DNA from: Octopus vulgaris
Lineage: Eukaryota
NCBI GenBank assembly: GCA_951406725.2
Contig: OX597814.1
Coordinates: 196,974,001-197,038,000 of the forward strand
Length of the DNA: 64,000 nt
Direction of reading: 5' to 3'
Both the position numbers and the translations under genes were made by a program. This document shows, piece by piece, positions 37,988 through 51,062 of this stretch. Numbering within the stretch: the first letter of the stretch is position 1; every line of letters starts with the position of its first letter. The notes beneath the pieces are model-generated. The model was not told where the DNA came from. It did not search any database and was given only the letters and a program-made list of their open reading frames with translations.

Positions 37988-38205
37988 AGCGGCGAGCTGG
38001 CAGAAACGTTAGCACGCTCAGTGAAATGCTTAGCAGTATTTCGTCTGCCGCTACGTTCTGAGTTCAAATTCCGCCGAGGTCGACTTTGCCTTTCATCCTT
38101 TCGGGGTCAATTAAATAAGTACCAGTTACGCACTGAGTTTGATGTAATCGACTCAATCCCTTTGTTTGTCCCTTCTGTGTTTATCCCCCTGTGGGCAATA
38201 AAGAA
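37988..38205 (+). mobile_element. SINE family A (TTTGTCC/GTGGG tail variant)
   Basis: Family A head and core. Confidence 0.9.
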
Positions 38206-38469
38206 ATATATATATGTACACATAGATAGGCAAACAGGTAGACAGATTGATAGATTCATACATACATACATACACAGATACATAGATGTTGCCTCTTAAA
38301 TAAATGTGTGTGTGTGTGTGTGCGTGTGAGTGTGTGTGTTTATGCATATGACGGTATATCACACTATTGACCAAACGATTAGATGGTCTTATACACCGTT
38401 GATCATTATGAGTTTCAAATCTTGTCATAATAGCGCCATCGTTTTCCATCTTGATTTAAATTGCGTGAC

Positions 38470-38725
38470 TAAACCGTCTTCCTATCGTTGTTGAGGCGTT
38501 CCAAATAACCTTTTTCCATTTTCTGTATATCACTTGGTAACAGGATCCACCTGCTGTTTGTGAACCTTCCGTGATGTTGGACCCAGCGGAAGTCGTGCTT
38601 TAGATACTTAGCAACCCCATCGTCCACCCTGCTCCGTTCTTGATTTATTTCATTTTGAATGTGTTCTCTTAATGATATTCCGAGAACGAATATTCCAATG
38701 GATCTTTGAATGGCTCTTTCCATAT
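38470..38725 (-). mobile_element. RTE-clade LINE ORF C-terminal fragment
   Basis: MERAIQRS..VLGISLREHIQNEINQERSRV....KHDFRWVQHHGRFTNSRW resembles the RTE motif MER.MLGISLRD.IRNE.IR..S.V...KW.WAGH.AR..D.RW. Confidence 0.75.
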
Positions 38726-39355
38726 ATGCACATTTGTGTGGTGTGAGTGTGTGAGTGTGTATGTCTGGGTGGGTGCGGGTGTATGTATGCTTTGGTAAGA
38801 ACTTTAAAAGCATATTTAAATTAATAAGCATACAAGAGTATTTCATACTTTTCTACATTACTAGTTAAGTTATTTGATAGTCGTTAGTACAGTAGTCGTT
38901 AGTACCGTAGAATTTCTTGTACTTGATTCCAATACCAGGTTAATTTTACTGTTTCAATATGGGAGGTTTGCGAAATTAGATGTTATTAAATTACTATGTC
39001 AATTACATTAGTTATTTTAATTTTAATTAAACAATTCAATCGACCACAACCAAGCACACATCCATAACTCGACATGATTTGCCTTGGGCTTTTATCAAAG
39101 GAAATCAAAAAATTAATTTTGATTAAACGTAATATAATTAATACTATCCAAAATAACTCTAATTAAAATTGCCTAAATTCTAGTTGACAAATTAATGAAG
39201 AAAGGTGAGAAATGAATGTGTGTGGCTCAATCTTAACCACATATGGTACGGTGGAATTTAACCGTTTCCTATCGAGACCGGTTTTGAGGGAAAAAATCTA
39301 CGTAGAATCATTTGAAGACTGGTAACTTCATCTGCAATGAAATGTAATTTGGAAA

Positions 39356-39747
39356 TCTTTATATATAAAAGAGAAGTTGTGTGTCTGTCTCCTACGATTT
39401 AGATTCCTAACTACTCCCACATTTTGCGGTGCAGTTTAACCAAAACCGGGTATCTTATAGTCGTGATTCATATCGAGCCCTTCTGGGTATTAGCGCGCGT
39501 CTACGATGAGTCTACGATTTTTAAAAATAATTTACCATCATTTTTTCTATTTTAATGCATATTTTTTTAAATACAAGGGAAGTAACTCTCTAAAAATGTC
39601 TACGATGAGTCAACGATTTAAAAAAAAATTTACCATAATTTTTTTCCATTTTAATGCATTTTTTGGCTAATTTTTGGCTATAACTCTCTATAAATGCTTT
39701 ATAGTTATTTCCCTTACAACCCGAGCAACGCCGGGCGATACTGCTAG
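39356..39747 (+). mobile_element. Non-autonomous Helitron
   Basis: A|TCTTTATATATAAAAG 5' end; 3' hairpin CCCG-AGCAACGC-CGGG then CTAG|T; A/T target with no TSD; internal ~100-bp tandem duplication (TCTACGATGAGTC...). Confidence 0.85.
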
Positions 39748-40150
39748 TAACGAAATAGAGGAACAAATTTGGTGAGGATATTTTGAATTGAGAAGTCGTT
39801 GATCTGACAAAATCGTTTGTAGTACGGTGAGATGTTGGGCGGTAATTCTTACGTCCCTCAACATTCTGTATTAAAATTCCATCGAGATCGTCTTGGTCTC
39901 TAATTTTGAGGTGGTTCTATAAAATGAAGGACCAGTTGAGTACCGGAGCTCATATGAACGGCGAACGCTTTCAAGATAAAAACTACTGGGTTTTATGGCA
40001 AAATTTGAAACCAATATTTGGAAACTATGTAACCTCGTAATACCAATCAATTAGCCAATTGACCTATCATTTGACCTTGAACTCTGCAGTGTATGCGCAT
40101 TAGGTTTTAACGTTCGAGCTTACTTCCGCTGTTTACAGCATTGCTTGGAA

Positions 40151-40228
<78 letters not shown>

Positions 40229-40632
40229 AGGAGTATACAAATATATATATATATATATATAGATATATATATATGTGTGTGTAGGAGTATACAAATATAT
40301 ATATATAGTTCAACAGCTGTATACATACACACATAAGCACACCCCCGCTGGCATACGCACACCCACACACACAAGCCCACCCACACATATGTAGATATTC
40401 TGAGATTGATATATTATGTGTGTGTGCTTGTCGAATATTCATGTCTAATGTCAATAGAAAGTTTTCCTTCTAGAATTCTTTTCATTTGCGCAGTATTTGT
40501 GCAAAAATGGAATCCTGGTTGGGATGCTCATATCCCTGGAACCAAGAAGTAGACAGTGACATCTATAATAATTCAATTTCCGGCCGAATAATTTTTATGT
40601 TCTACATGTGCCAGTCTCACGACTGTAGTACT

Positions 40633-40711
<79 letters not shown>

Positions 40712-40823
40712 GCATATTGCTTGTTCTCCCTTTTCCTTTGTCTCCCTTTTCTAAATATATTTTTATGTATGTATGTATGTATGTATGTATGTATGTATGT
40801 ATGTATGTATGTATGCGTGTATG

Positions 40824-40872
<49 letters not shown>

Positions 40873-41753
40873 GTATGTATGCGTGTATGTATATTTATAT
40901 TATGTATATATGTATGGGCAGAGATAGCGCCAGGGAGAGACCGAGAAATACAGACAGGCGGACAAATAGCCAAATAAGCAGACAGATAGAAAGACAGACG
41001 GCTATATGGCTATATAGAGAAGAGTGATATCCATTCAAATATATGGTAATATAATTGTGAGCCACACACACACACACACACTTCGTACAAATGCAGATTC
41101 ACCACACGCCTCTTAAAATCATTAGATGAATAAATGGTTGAAAATGCTTTAATCATATATCTTCAAAAAGAATTTAAATATCTCGTACGCGTAATTGAAC
41201 AGATTTCGTCCTTGGCAGCCATTAAATGTCAACTTATTTTGTCAGTTTAAATATCTTAATGGCGAAACCACGATTAAAGAAGCGGACGAGCCGTCTTTTT
41301 TAACCTGATGCAGTGCAATCAACTTTTCAATTTATTATTATGCAAATAAAATTAGATATTTTTAGCAGAGAAACGCAATAGAAATATTTTGTCTTATTGG
41401 ATTTACTCTCGCTAAAATGCTACCGCTTGTCTTTCATTTGTAGCTTCTAATTGATGTAACTGATATAAATGAATTATAAATTGTAAAATTATTTATTTAT
41501 ATATTGTTTGTTTACTGAAACTATCATTTGAATGTAACACTCATTTATATTTTATCGTCCTCTTTAATCTAATTAGTGATTGAGGTATCTCGGCTGTCCT
41601 TTCGTTGATTATTTCCAGCAAAATCTGAATATTTCTTTGATTATCTTAAATAATAATAAACTACGAAATATTTGTATGTCGTTTATATCTTCGAAAAAAT
41701 GTTAGTTTTGTAGCAAGCGGTTTGTTTTCCTTTGCTTTTGTGCGAACGTATAT

Positions 41754-41786
<33 letters not shown>

Positions 41787-41929
41787 GGAGTGTATGTGTG
41801 TGTGAGAGTGGGTGGGTGCGCGCGCGGGCGTTTGTGTGTGTTTCGTGTTACTTCGTAGTTTCAAATCAATTTAAAGATCCGCGTTCTCTTTCCCTGTCTG
41901 TGGGTGCCTTGTTTCTCAACGCATCTATT

Positions 41930-42670
<741 letters not shown>

Positions 42671-42754
42671 GTTTAAATGTAGGTACACATACATACATGT
42701 GTATATATTTTTGTGTACGTAAGAGGATTTAGTGTGTATAGACATATATATGTA

Positions 42755-42940
42755 TTCTCTTTTACTTGTTTCATGCTGGAGCTCCGCATTTAGTCGAGCA
42801 AATCGACCCCTAGACTTATGCTTTGTAAGCCTAATACTTATTCTATTGGTCTCTTTTGCCGAACCGCTACCTGACGGGGGCGTAAACATACCAGCATCGG
42901 TTGTCAAGCGATGTTGGCGGGGACAAACACAGACACACAA

Positions 42941-43002
<62 letters not shown>

Positions 43003-43160
43003 GACGGGCTTCTTTCAGTTTCCGTCTCCCAAATCCACTCACAAGGCGTTGGTCGGCTCGAAGCTATGGTAGAAGACACTTGCCCAAGGTGCCACGCAGT
43101 GAGACTGAACCCGGAACCATGTGGCTGGTAAGCAAGCTACTTACCACACAGCCACTCCTG
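42755..43160 (-). mobile_element. SINE family B
   Basis: Family B sequence, short deletion in the tail. Confidence 0.9.
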
Positions 43161-43269
43161 ATATACATAAGTATGCATATGTATATCTAATTATATATAT
43201 GCGCACACGTATATACGTTTATATGATATATATTATGTATATATAATATAAATGTTATATATTCATGTA

Positions 43270-43305
<36 letters not shown>

Positions 43306-43308
<3 letters not shown>

Positions 43309-43532
43309 TCTTTTACTATTTTACTTATTTCAGTTATTTGACAGCGGCCATGCTGGAGCACCGCCTTTAGTCGAGCAAATCGACCCCGGGACTTATTCTT
43401 TGTAAGCCCAGTACTTATTCTATCGGTCTCTTGTGCCGAACTGCTAAGTGACAGAGACGTAAACATACCATCATCGGTTGTCAAGCAATGCTAGAGGGAC
43501 AAACACAGACACACAAACATATACACACACAT

Positions 43533-43596
<64 letters not shown>

Positions 43597-43738
43597 TACG
43601 ACAGGCTTCTTTCAGTTTCCGTCTACCAAATCCACTCACAAGGCAGAAATCACTTGCCCAAGATGCCACGCAGTGGGACTGAACCCGGGACCATGTGGTT
43701 GGTTAGCAAGCTACTTACCACACAGCCACTCCTGCGCC
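43306..43738 (-). mobile_element. SINE family B
   Basis: Family B sequence, short internal deletion near 43645. Confidence 0.9.
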
Positions 43739-44914
43739 TGTATATATAATATGCGTACATACATATATATGGAATGAGAGAGAGAGATACATACATACAC
43801 ACGTACAAATAATCTTCTTTCAATATAACTGAATACATATAAATTTCGCTAATAAGAAGAAGAATGAACGTCTGGTTGTTCGAACAATTGCCAATAAATA
43901 CCACTTTGCAAATGTGGATGATGTTTTGTCGGCCATATTTTTCGAAGGCAGTATATATCACTAGTTTCCAAATGATTCTCGCCTAAGTAAACACCATTTA
44001 TTCCAAATTAAACTTTACACCAATTCACTAAGCATTGATTTCTTTCTTCGGCAGAACCTGACTATTTTGTCATCTCGAGGATGTGAAACGTACATTCAAA
44101 TTAGAGTGTTTCTTTGATAACGGCATCAGCTCCGACAAATTGATATTCAGAAACGTAAATGAGAGAAGTGTTTATCATAAAACGCATTTTCTCTACTTCC
44201 TTAATTCTATTGATCGACCTCTCATAGAGGTTTCTGAGATAACTGTAGTCGCTTGACAAGAACATGTGCACTTGGTTTATACAATTCAATTTAAATGCAG
44301 GGAATTCAGAACGCGATGACATTTAGGCTTCAAAATTTCGGTCAAGCTCGATATATATTTGTGAATAGTTCTCTTCTCCGTTCTAATCCTTCATTAAATA
44401 TCGATAATCTAGCTTCAAAATATGTTCTTTATGGGATATAGTTTTCTTATATATTCCCAGAAAAGCACTTTGAAATGGAATTACGCTGCTTCCTCTCGCA
44501 GTCACGAATCTAAAAATTCTATAAGTGGATATAAAAGCTCAAAATTATAACGAAGAGCACAAGATGCATCATTGAACTAAACGATTACAACATGATTTGA
44601 AAATAGACTACAATATGTCAGCACTCCAGGGATCTACCCACAAGTCAACAGTAGTCACTGCATAAGAGAAAATATACATGATGGGATTTATAAACGTACC
44701 AGTATTGAAATAACTTTTAACACTATCTGCTTCATATTTCATCAGTTCTCCTCTTTACAATAGTCTAAGTTGTTACAAGTTGTTCAACATATCCTATTAT
44801 ATGCTGTATACATGTCCATATTAGAAATCAGTATACAAAATACATCAGCGAAATGTTATCATCAGTAATGATATTGGTGATGTTCACTAATCAATGACAA
44901 CTACATACATATAT

Positions 44915-45350
44915 ACTCTTTCACTTGTTTCAGTCATTTGACTGCGGCCATGCTGAAGCACCGTTTTTAATCGAGCAACTCGACCACGGGACTTATTCTT
45001 TTGTAAGCCCAGTACTTATTCTATCGGTTTTGGGGGCACACAACTTTTTAGTATTCTCCCAGGGAGCCTGAGGGACCGGCGCTGGTTAGATCTGGTAAGT
45101 AACGGGGACATAACCGCACCAGCATCGTCAAGCAATGCTAGGGGGCAAACACAGACAAACAAACACACATATATACATATATATACATACATATATACGA
45201 CGGGCTTCTTTCAGTGTCCGTCTACCAAATCCACTCACAAGGCTTTGGTCGGCCCGAGGCTATAGTAGAAGACACGTGCCCAAGGTGCCACGCAGTGGGA
45301 CTGAACCTGGAACTATGTGGTTGGTAAACAAGCTACTTACCACACGGCCA
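44915..45350 (-). mobile_element. SINE family B with ~65 bp of foreign sequence
   Basis: Family B sequence interrupted at ~45029-45096. Confidence 0.88.
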
Positions 45351-45543
45351 TGGAACACTAGTACTCCGTTACAGCACTTACCTAGCGTATCTAATCATTT
45401 AGATCACCCGTGAACTAAACCCCATTTATATGTAATGTATATATATATATAAATATATGCGTATCTATCTATCTACATATATATGTGTGTGTGTGTGTAT
45501 ATACATAAATATGTATATATATGTATATACATAAATATGTATG

Positions 45544-45579
<36 letters not shown>

Positions 45580-45604
45580 TTTTATTAAAGCAGCAAAATT
45601 ATCA

Positions 45605-45650
45605 CAAGACTGTTACTCAGTTTTACGCTTCATTTCGTCGGACAGTCTTG
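45605..45650 (-). ncRNA. Degenerate type-I hammerhead-like motif in a (TA)n-adjacent element (~45578-45760)
   Basis: Minus strand CAAGACUGU-CCGACGA-A-AUG(AAG)CGU-AAAA-CUGAG-UA-ACAGUCUUG: perfect 9-bp stem I; core substitutions U4C and G12A. Confidence 0.5.
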
Positions 45651-45769
45651 CGTTCAATTTGCAGATTTAATAAAAATCATATTATGCCAAATTTGTTACT
45701 CGAGACCTATATTTTCCACCTTGTTTTATACTTATGTACTTATCTCCACACACACATACACATACACAC

Positions 45770-45806
<37 letters not shown>

Positions 45807-46419
45807 AATCATTGGGAATTATGTGTCTTTGATATTCTTTACCTAACGCTGCAATATAGAACAGAGGGCGTACGAAATACAATGACATAGAATAACAGTA
45901 CAGAACATAGCTCTATAGAACAAAAGAAGTACAAGCATAGCGCTACAGACTTGAAGTACCTAAGCCAGCAGTGTAGAATGGTGCTTTGTTATCCGTGAAA
46001 TAGCATCTCCTTCAATCACAGGAAATATTAAGTACTCGTTTACAATTATACCGCTTACTTAATTGATAAGCCATTTCCTAATGAATAAATTATTTCCAGT
46101 ACATTCATTATGCATGCTCATAGGATATACATTCTACAGATACTATTATTATATCAATACATGCAAACAATTTCCAAATCGTGGAAGTGTGACGTTTAAT
46201 TAAACACCACACACGATACAAACAGAATCGCTCACACACACATGCAGATACAAACACACACACACATACATCCACAGGAACCCAACATATTCACTATTTA
46301 TGAATATTACGCTGAGATTCAGTTGTTACTTACTTACTATTACTATAATCCCGATCTCGACTAATTATACAGTATTATCCACCATAAACTCATTGGCTGA
46401 ATTGCATTTCTTTTACTCA

Positions 46420-47130
46420 CAACCTGTTACTGGTTTCTGCCAGAGACTGAGGCCATGCTGAAGCATTACCTGTCAGTGTGTTTGGATTTCTATTCTGGTG
46501 ATATATCGAGTTGAACGGAGCTGTTCTTTATGCTTTTTGTCACAATGAGATAATAGATGATCTCAGATGAATATTTGTCCAGACCTTCTTTCAAGACCTC
46601 CTCATTTACAACTCACAAATCTCTGAATCTGGTAGAATGTGAATAGCTGTACATTCTTGAAACCCAAGCTGTTACAGTATTGAGTCCTTCTAGATGGAGA
46701 CGACTAGGATCTTTGGTATCATGCAATGCCGTCCAGTCCTCTGGTTGATATAACTTACAATTCCAAAGATGGGACCTAGATCTTCCAGGACCTTTTATAT
46801 ATATACCACTTCATATCATTCTCACATTCACTCTAGAGAGTCGACCTTCAGCTCCTTTAGCCTCTCCAAGGGGCTCATCTGTTTCACCAAGTCAATCTTG
46901 AGTAGTGGTGCTAGATTGCCCCAAGTTCCGCCACCAGTTTCATGCTCTGCAGTGACCGCAATTGGTAGTTGTGACCCAGAAGACTGAGAACGAACGTTCT
47001 CGAAATGAGTAGCATGGTATCTTTTTTCCTGGCTCTGAATGATCCTAGAATCCATCCAGAGACTCGCTTGCACCACAAGATCTTTTCCTGGTTCTTCCTC
47101 TGAATCATGGAAACCTATTGTAAACAACCG
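46420..47130 (-). mobile_element. Decayed CR1/L2-group LINE 3' portion (ORF2 C-terminus plus 3' tail)
   Basis: KQMSPLERLKELKVDSLE....YEVVYI*KVLEDLGPIFGIVSYINQRTGRHC resembles LSY.ERLK.L.L.SLE.RR.R....Y..K; tail GCTTCAGCATGGCCTCAGTC...GAAACCAGTAA. Confidence 0.75.
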
Positions 47131-47994
47131 TTAATTACTGTATACAAAGAAAAATTGGTTCTTAACTAGAGAGTCCGCCGCACATCAACAATGGGTATCC
47201 ACCGGCATACCCATAACACCAGATACGATGTGTCTTTTCAAAATTCAAACTTCACCGAATAGTTGACTATTTATTGTTAAAACATTGTTTTATGAAACAG
47301 TTTCGTTTCCAATTCAGTACAAAGATGTAATAAAGAATAAAATGCGATAACACTCACCCTAACACGCTGATTTATCTCGAATGCATTAATATCAACTTTA
47401 ATGTCACCGACGTGTATTACATTCAGCTTTCGCTTTCCTCCTCCTTAAACACGTCTGTCGTTTTCAAAATTATGATTTGTCCACAACTCTAGATAACGTA
47501 CTTTAGAGATTCAACAAATGATGTCTTATAGAACATGCTGAGTGGGCATTTAATATCATAAAAGTGTAATTTCCCTGACGAGAAATAAACATTTAATATA
47601 CAGGAAATATTGAAAACACTTTTATTTTCCTCTATTACATTATAGATATAAATATCTCTAGAATTATACGAAACCTCAAATACATATTGAAGCAGACTTG
47701 TAAACATGTCCATTTTATATCGAAATACTACGCGCTATAAAAATGATAAACTTAAGATATCCTTATGAAATATAAATTTCAATTATATTTATATTAAGTT
47801 GAGTTGTTGACTATGATGTAACATATGATAGATTCAGACAGGTGGGAAGCCACTTCATCAACTCAAGCCATACATTCAACTTTCCAAAATGTTCAATAAC
47901 AGATTGTATAAGGTATATGAAATATAATGTTAATTCAATCTTTTAGCTGTTATGGACGGCCACCGTAGCACCTATAAGATTGTTGTCTTATCAG

Positions 47995-48300
47995 ATAACG
48001 AGCGAATATATGTATGCATATGTGTGTATCATATATACATATATATACATATGTGTATATATACATACACACATATATATACATATATATAAAGTGCGTG
48101 TTAGTGTGGGTGTGTCTTATGTATTTCATATATATATAGATATATATATATATATGCATACATATATATGTGTGTGTGTATATATATACACACACACACA
48201 CATATATATATACATATTCATATATATAAAGTGCGTGTTAGTGTGGGTGTGTCTTATGTATTTCATATATATATGTGTGTGTGTACGTGTGAAATGATAT
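47995..48300 (+). repeat. Duplicated ~45-bp unit AAAGTGCGTGTTAGTGTGGGTGTGTCTTATGTATTTCAT within TA-rich repeats
   Basis: Copies at ~48091 and ~48228. Confidence 0.85.
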
Positions 48301-49261
48301 TTATATACATAAATATATATGTATATGATACATATATATATACCTTTATGTACGTATGAGTATATATATATATATGCATATATATGCATATATGTGTATA
48401 TATATATGTGTGTGTGTGTGTGTATACGTGTATATATGTACTTATACACACACACATATATATATGTGTGTATGTATATACATACATATATATATATATA
48501 TACTTGTATACCTGGATATATATATATGTATATATATATGTGTGTGTCTATATGCATGTATGAATTTTATAAAATAAGTGTGTGTATATAATATCTGCGT
48601 GTCTGTTTACCATCAGATTATAATGCATTGATGTGGTTGTCTACTCGATCTAGATTTATTCATCGGATGCCATACGCTGCTAAACCTGCTCTATTGAGTA
48701 AACTGCAGGTCAGGGAAGCCTGTCAAACGAAGTTGCTTGAAGGCATGCAGAATTAACCTGACAGAAATATCTATTGAATTCAAACGCAAGAAACGTGTAT
48801 CTCTAAGGCTTACACTAACACACCATATACAGTATACTGTTCAAAGGAGAAAGAGAGAGAGATTGTTACCAGAAATTAGTCGAATAACGAAAGTTTTCGA
48901 CTCTTTCTGTCTTCTTGTGGACGAAGCAACATAAACACAGACTTCTAGTGGGACAGCCGTCCGTTTAGCTTTGCTTCCTTCCTACTTGATTGTATTGGTA
49001 TTTTTATCAGGAATCACAATAGATTTTCAGTGCTATCGACGTTCGACTGCGATAATGTCAGTGTCGTAATGGGAGACTCTGTTGTTATTTCATTATGAAG
49101 AATTCTAGAAACCGACTAAAGGTTACGTGATTCAAGATATTTTCTGCGACCCTGCTTCAATTACCTGGACATTTTAATGTATACTTATGTAACGCACACA
49201 CACGCTTATATACACACACGTAAATATTTATATATGCAAAACTTATATATATATATTTTTT

Positions 49262-49320
49262 TTTTTATTTTATTTTATCTAGTTTCAGCTCACGAGCTGT
49301 GGCCATGCTGGGGCACCGCC
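49262..49320 (-). mobile_element. Extremely truncated LINE 3' tail
   Basis: GGCGGTGCCCCAGCATGGCCACAGCTCGTGAGCTGAAACTAG-(ATAAA)n, as at 14698-14738. Confidence 0.65.
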
Positions 49321-49337
49321 ATTATATATATATATAT

Positions 49338-49703
49338 AAACAATTTTTATAATTATGAGTGTAATTATAATTAGGGTTCAGCAAAAAAAAAAATGCTTCA
49401 CCACATACTGAAATTTAGAAATAGCAGCCAAAATAACTAGCTGTTTCCCTACCATAAGAAAATCTCCCAAGATAACATATACTCAAAAAGAATCCATGTA
49501 GACAATCCATGTAGATAACATATACTCAAAAAGAATCCATGTAGACATTTGATTAACTGCGGATGCGTTTCGGAGTTAGATACATATGAAAAATGCAAAA
49601 AACCACATTTCCATTCTATCATTCTCGCTCTTCAGCACAGTATTTCAAGATTTTTGCTGAACCCTAATTATAATTACACTCATAATTATAAAAATTATTG
49701 TTT
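49338..49703. mobile_element. (TA)n-embedded element with ~50-bp inverted repeats and an internal 35-bp tandem duplication
   Basis: TTTTTATAATTATGAGTGTAATTATAATTAGGGTTCAGCAAAAA versus TTTTTGCTGAACCCTAATTATAATTACACTCATAATTATAAAAA; AGATAACATATACTCAAAAAGAATCCATGTAGACA occurs twice. Confidence 0.8.
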
Positions 49704-49810
49704 AAGTTTACCTATAATGGTTCTTTTTACATGCCGAAACTACTTGGTAAAATTATTAATTAATTAATTAATGTTACCCTTTATTATATATATATATATA
49801 TATATATATG

Positions 49811-50335
49811 TACGAAAAATTAAGTCAAAATAGAAAATGCTGAAATAATTTTATAAAGAACATTTCAGTACCGGTTTCAGTCATTTTGAGACCTTTTCAA
49901 CAGTAACGATTAAATAATTAAATTTAGAAAAATTAAAAGAAATGTTTTTTTAAAGGAATATTTGTATAGTGTTCAAATATAAGTGGCATTTTCCTTGTTT
50001 CTGCTTTGCTCTGTCTCTCTTGTTCACACTAGTGGGTTGGAGGTCGTTGTGAATTCTTGGTAGGGAAGAAGAATTCACAACGACCAAGAATTCACAACGA
50101 CCTCCAACCCACAAGTGTGAACAAGAGAGACAGAGCAAGGCAGAAACAAGGAAAATGCCACTTATATTTGAACACTATACAAATACTCTTTAAAAAAAAA
50201 CTTTTCTTTTAATTTTTCTAAATTTAATTAATTTAATCGTTACAGTTGAAAAGGTCTCAAAATAACTGAAACCGGTACTGAAATGTTCTTTATAAAATTA
50301 TTTTAGCATTTTCTATTTTGACTTAATTTTTCATA
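49811..50335. repeat. ~525-bp fold-back: ~250-bp arms, 21-bp spacer, hammerhead-like motif in each arm
   Basis: 49811-50061 is the reverse complement of 50083-50335 with roughly a dozen differences. Confidence 0.95.
50243..50280 (+). ncRNA. Hammerhead-like motif with U3-A8 variant core (mirror copy at 49866-49903 minus)
   Basis: CAG-UUGAAAA-GGUC(UCAAAAU)[G/A]ACU-GAAA-CCGG-UA-CUG; stem III is the palindrome ACCGGU. Confidence 0.6.
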
Positions 50336-50367
50336 TATATCAACTCGTGTGTTCCTTTTCATCCTTA

Positions 50368-50410
<43 letters not shown>

Positions 50411-50412
<2 letters not shown>

Positions 50413-50634
50413 ACTAGGTGGTACTGAAAAGTACCTGGCTTTGGGTGAAAGAAAATACACGAGTATCAGTTAATTAATAATTTATTCAACATATTCCCCT
50501 CTCATATTCACACACTTATTGCAGCCGTCCTTTAGTTTTTCTAAGCCCTGTAAAAGAATTCCGAAGGCTGGACCTCCAGCCAGGCCCTTCGTGATACGCT
50601 TAAAGCCAGTCAATTTTCATCCCCTTTTCTCGTG
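50411..50634. mobile_element. mariner-derived MITE
   Basis: Imperfect TIRs GGTGGTACTGAAAAGTACCTGGCTTT / AAAGCCAGTCAATTTTCATCCCC; TA context. Confidence 0.7.
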
Positions 50635-51062
50635 TGTGTATATATATGATGGAATCGATCTACAAGCATTATCATAGACTACCGAGTCCCCAGGAAGAAA
50701 TGTTGGATTTGTAATTCTATCCCTCTTCCCATTTAATTCTCTATATCATTTGTATTCTGTGTACCTCGGACCCTTTTATTAGATGCACATATATATACAT
50801 TTTTTATATTTCATGTATTAATATATTCTATATATTGATTTGTCTAACTTGCTTATCACTACTTTTATATAGGTGTATATGTATTTAAAACTATGTATGC
50901 ATAGGCATATAGACATATAAACAGGCATTACATACATACAGGTTCTGGCAACGATGATGTATTCTCTGAATGAAATTCGCAATGCATCATTTGTACATGA
51001 AACAAAACGAAAGTCACTGACTTTAGATTTATTGCCTAATTACAAACAACGTACATCTGTGT

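Noticed and set aside
46828-47127. 99-aa ORF as a host exon
   Set aside because: Its C-terminal part matches a LINE ORF2 motif and continues through stops into a LINE tail
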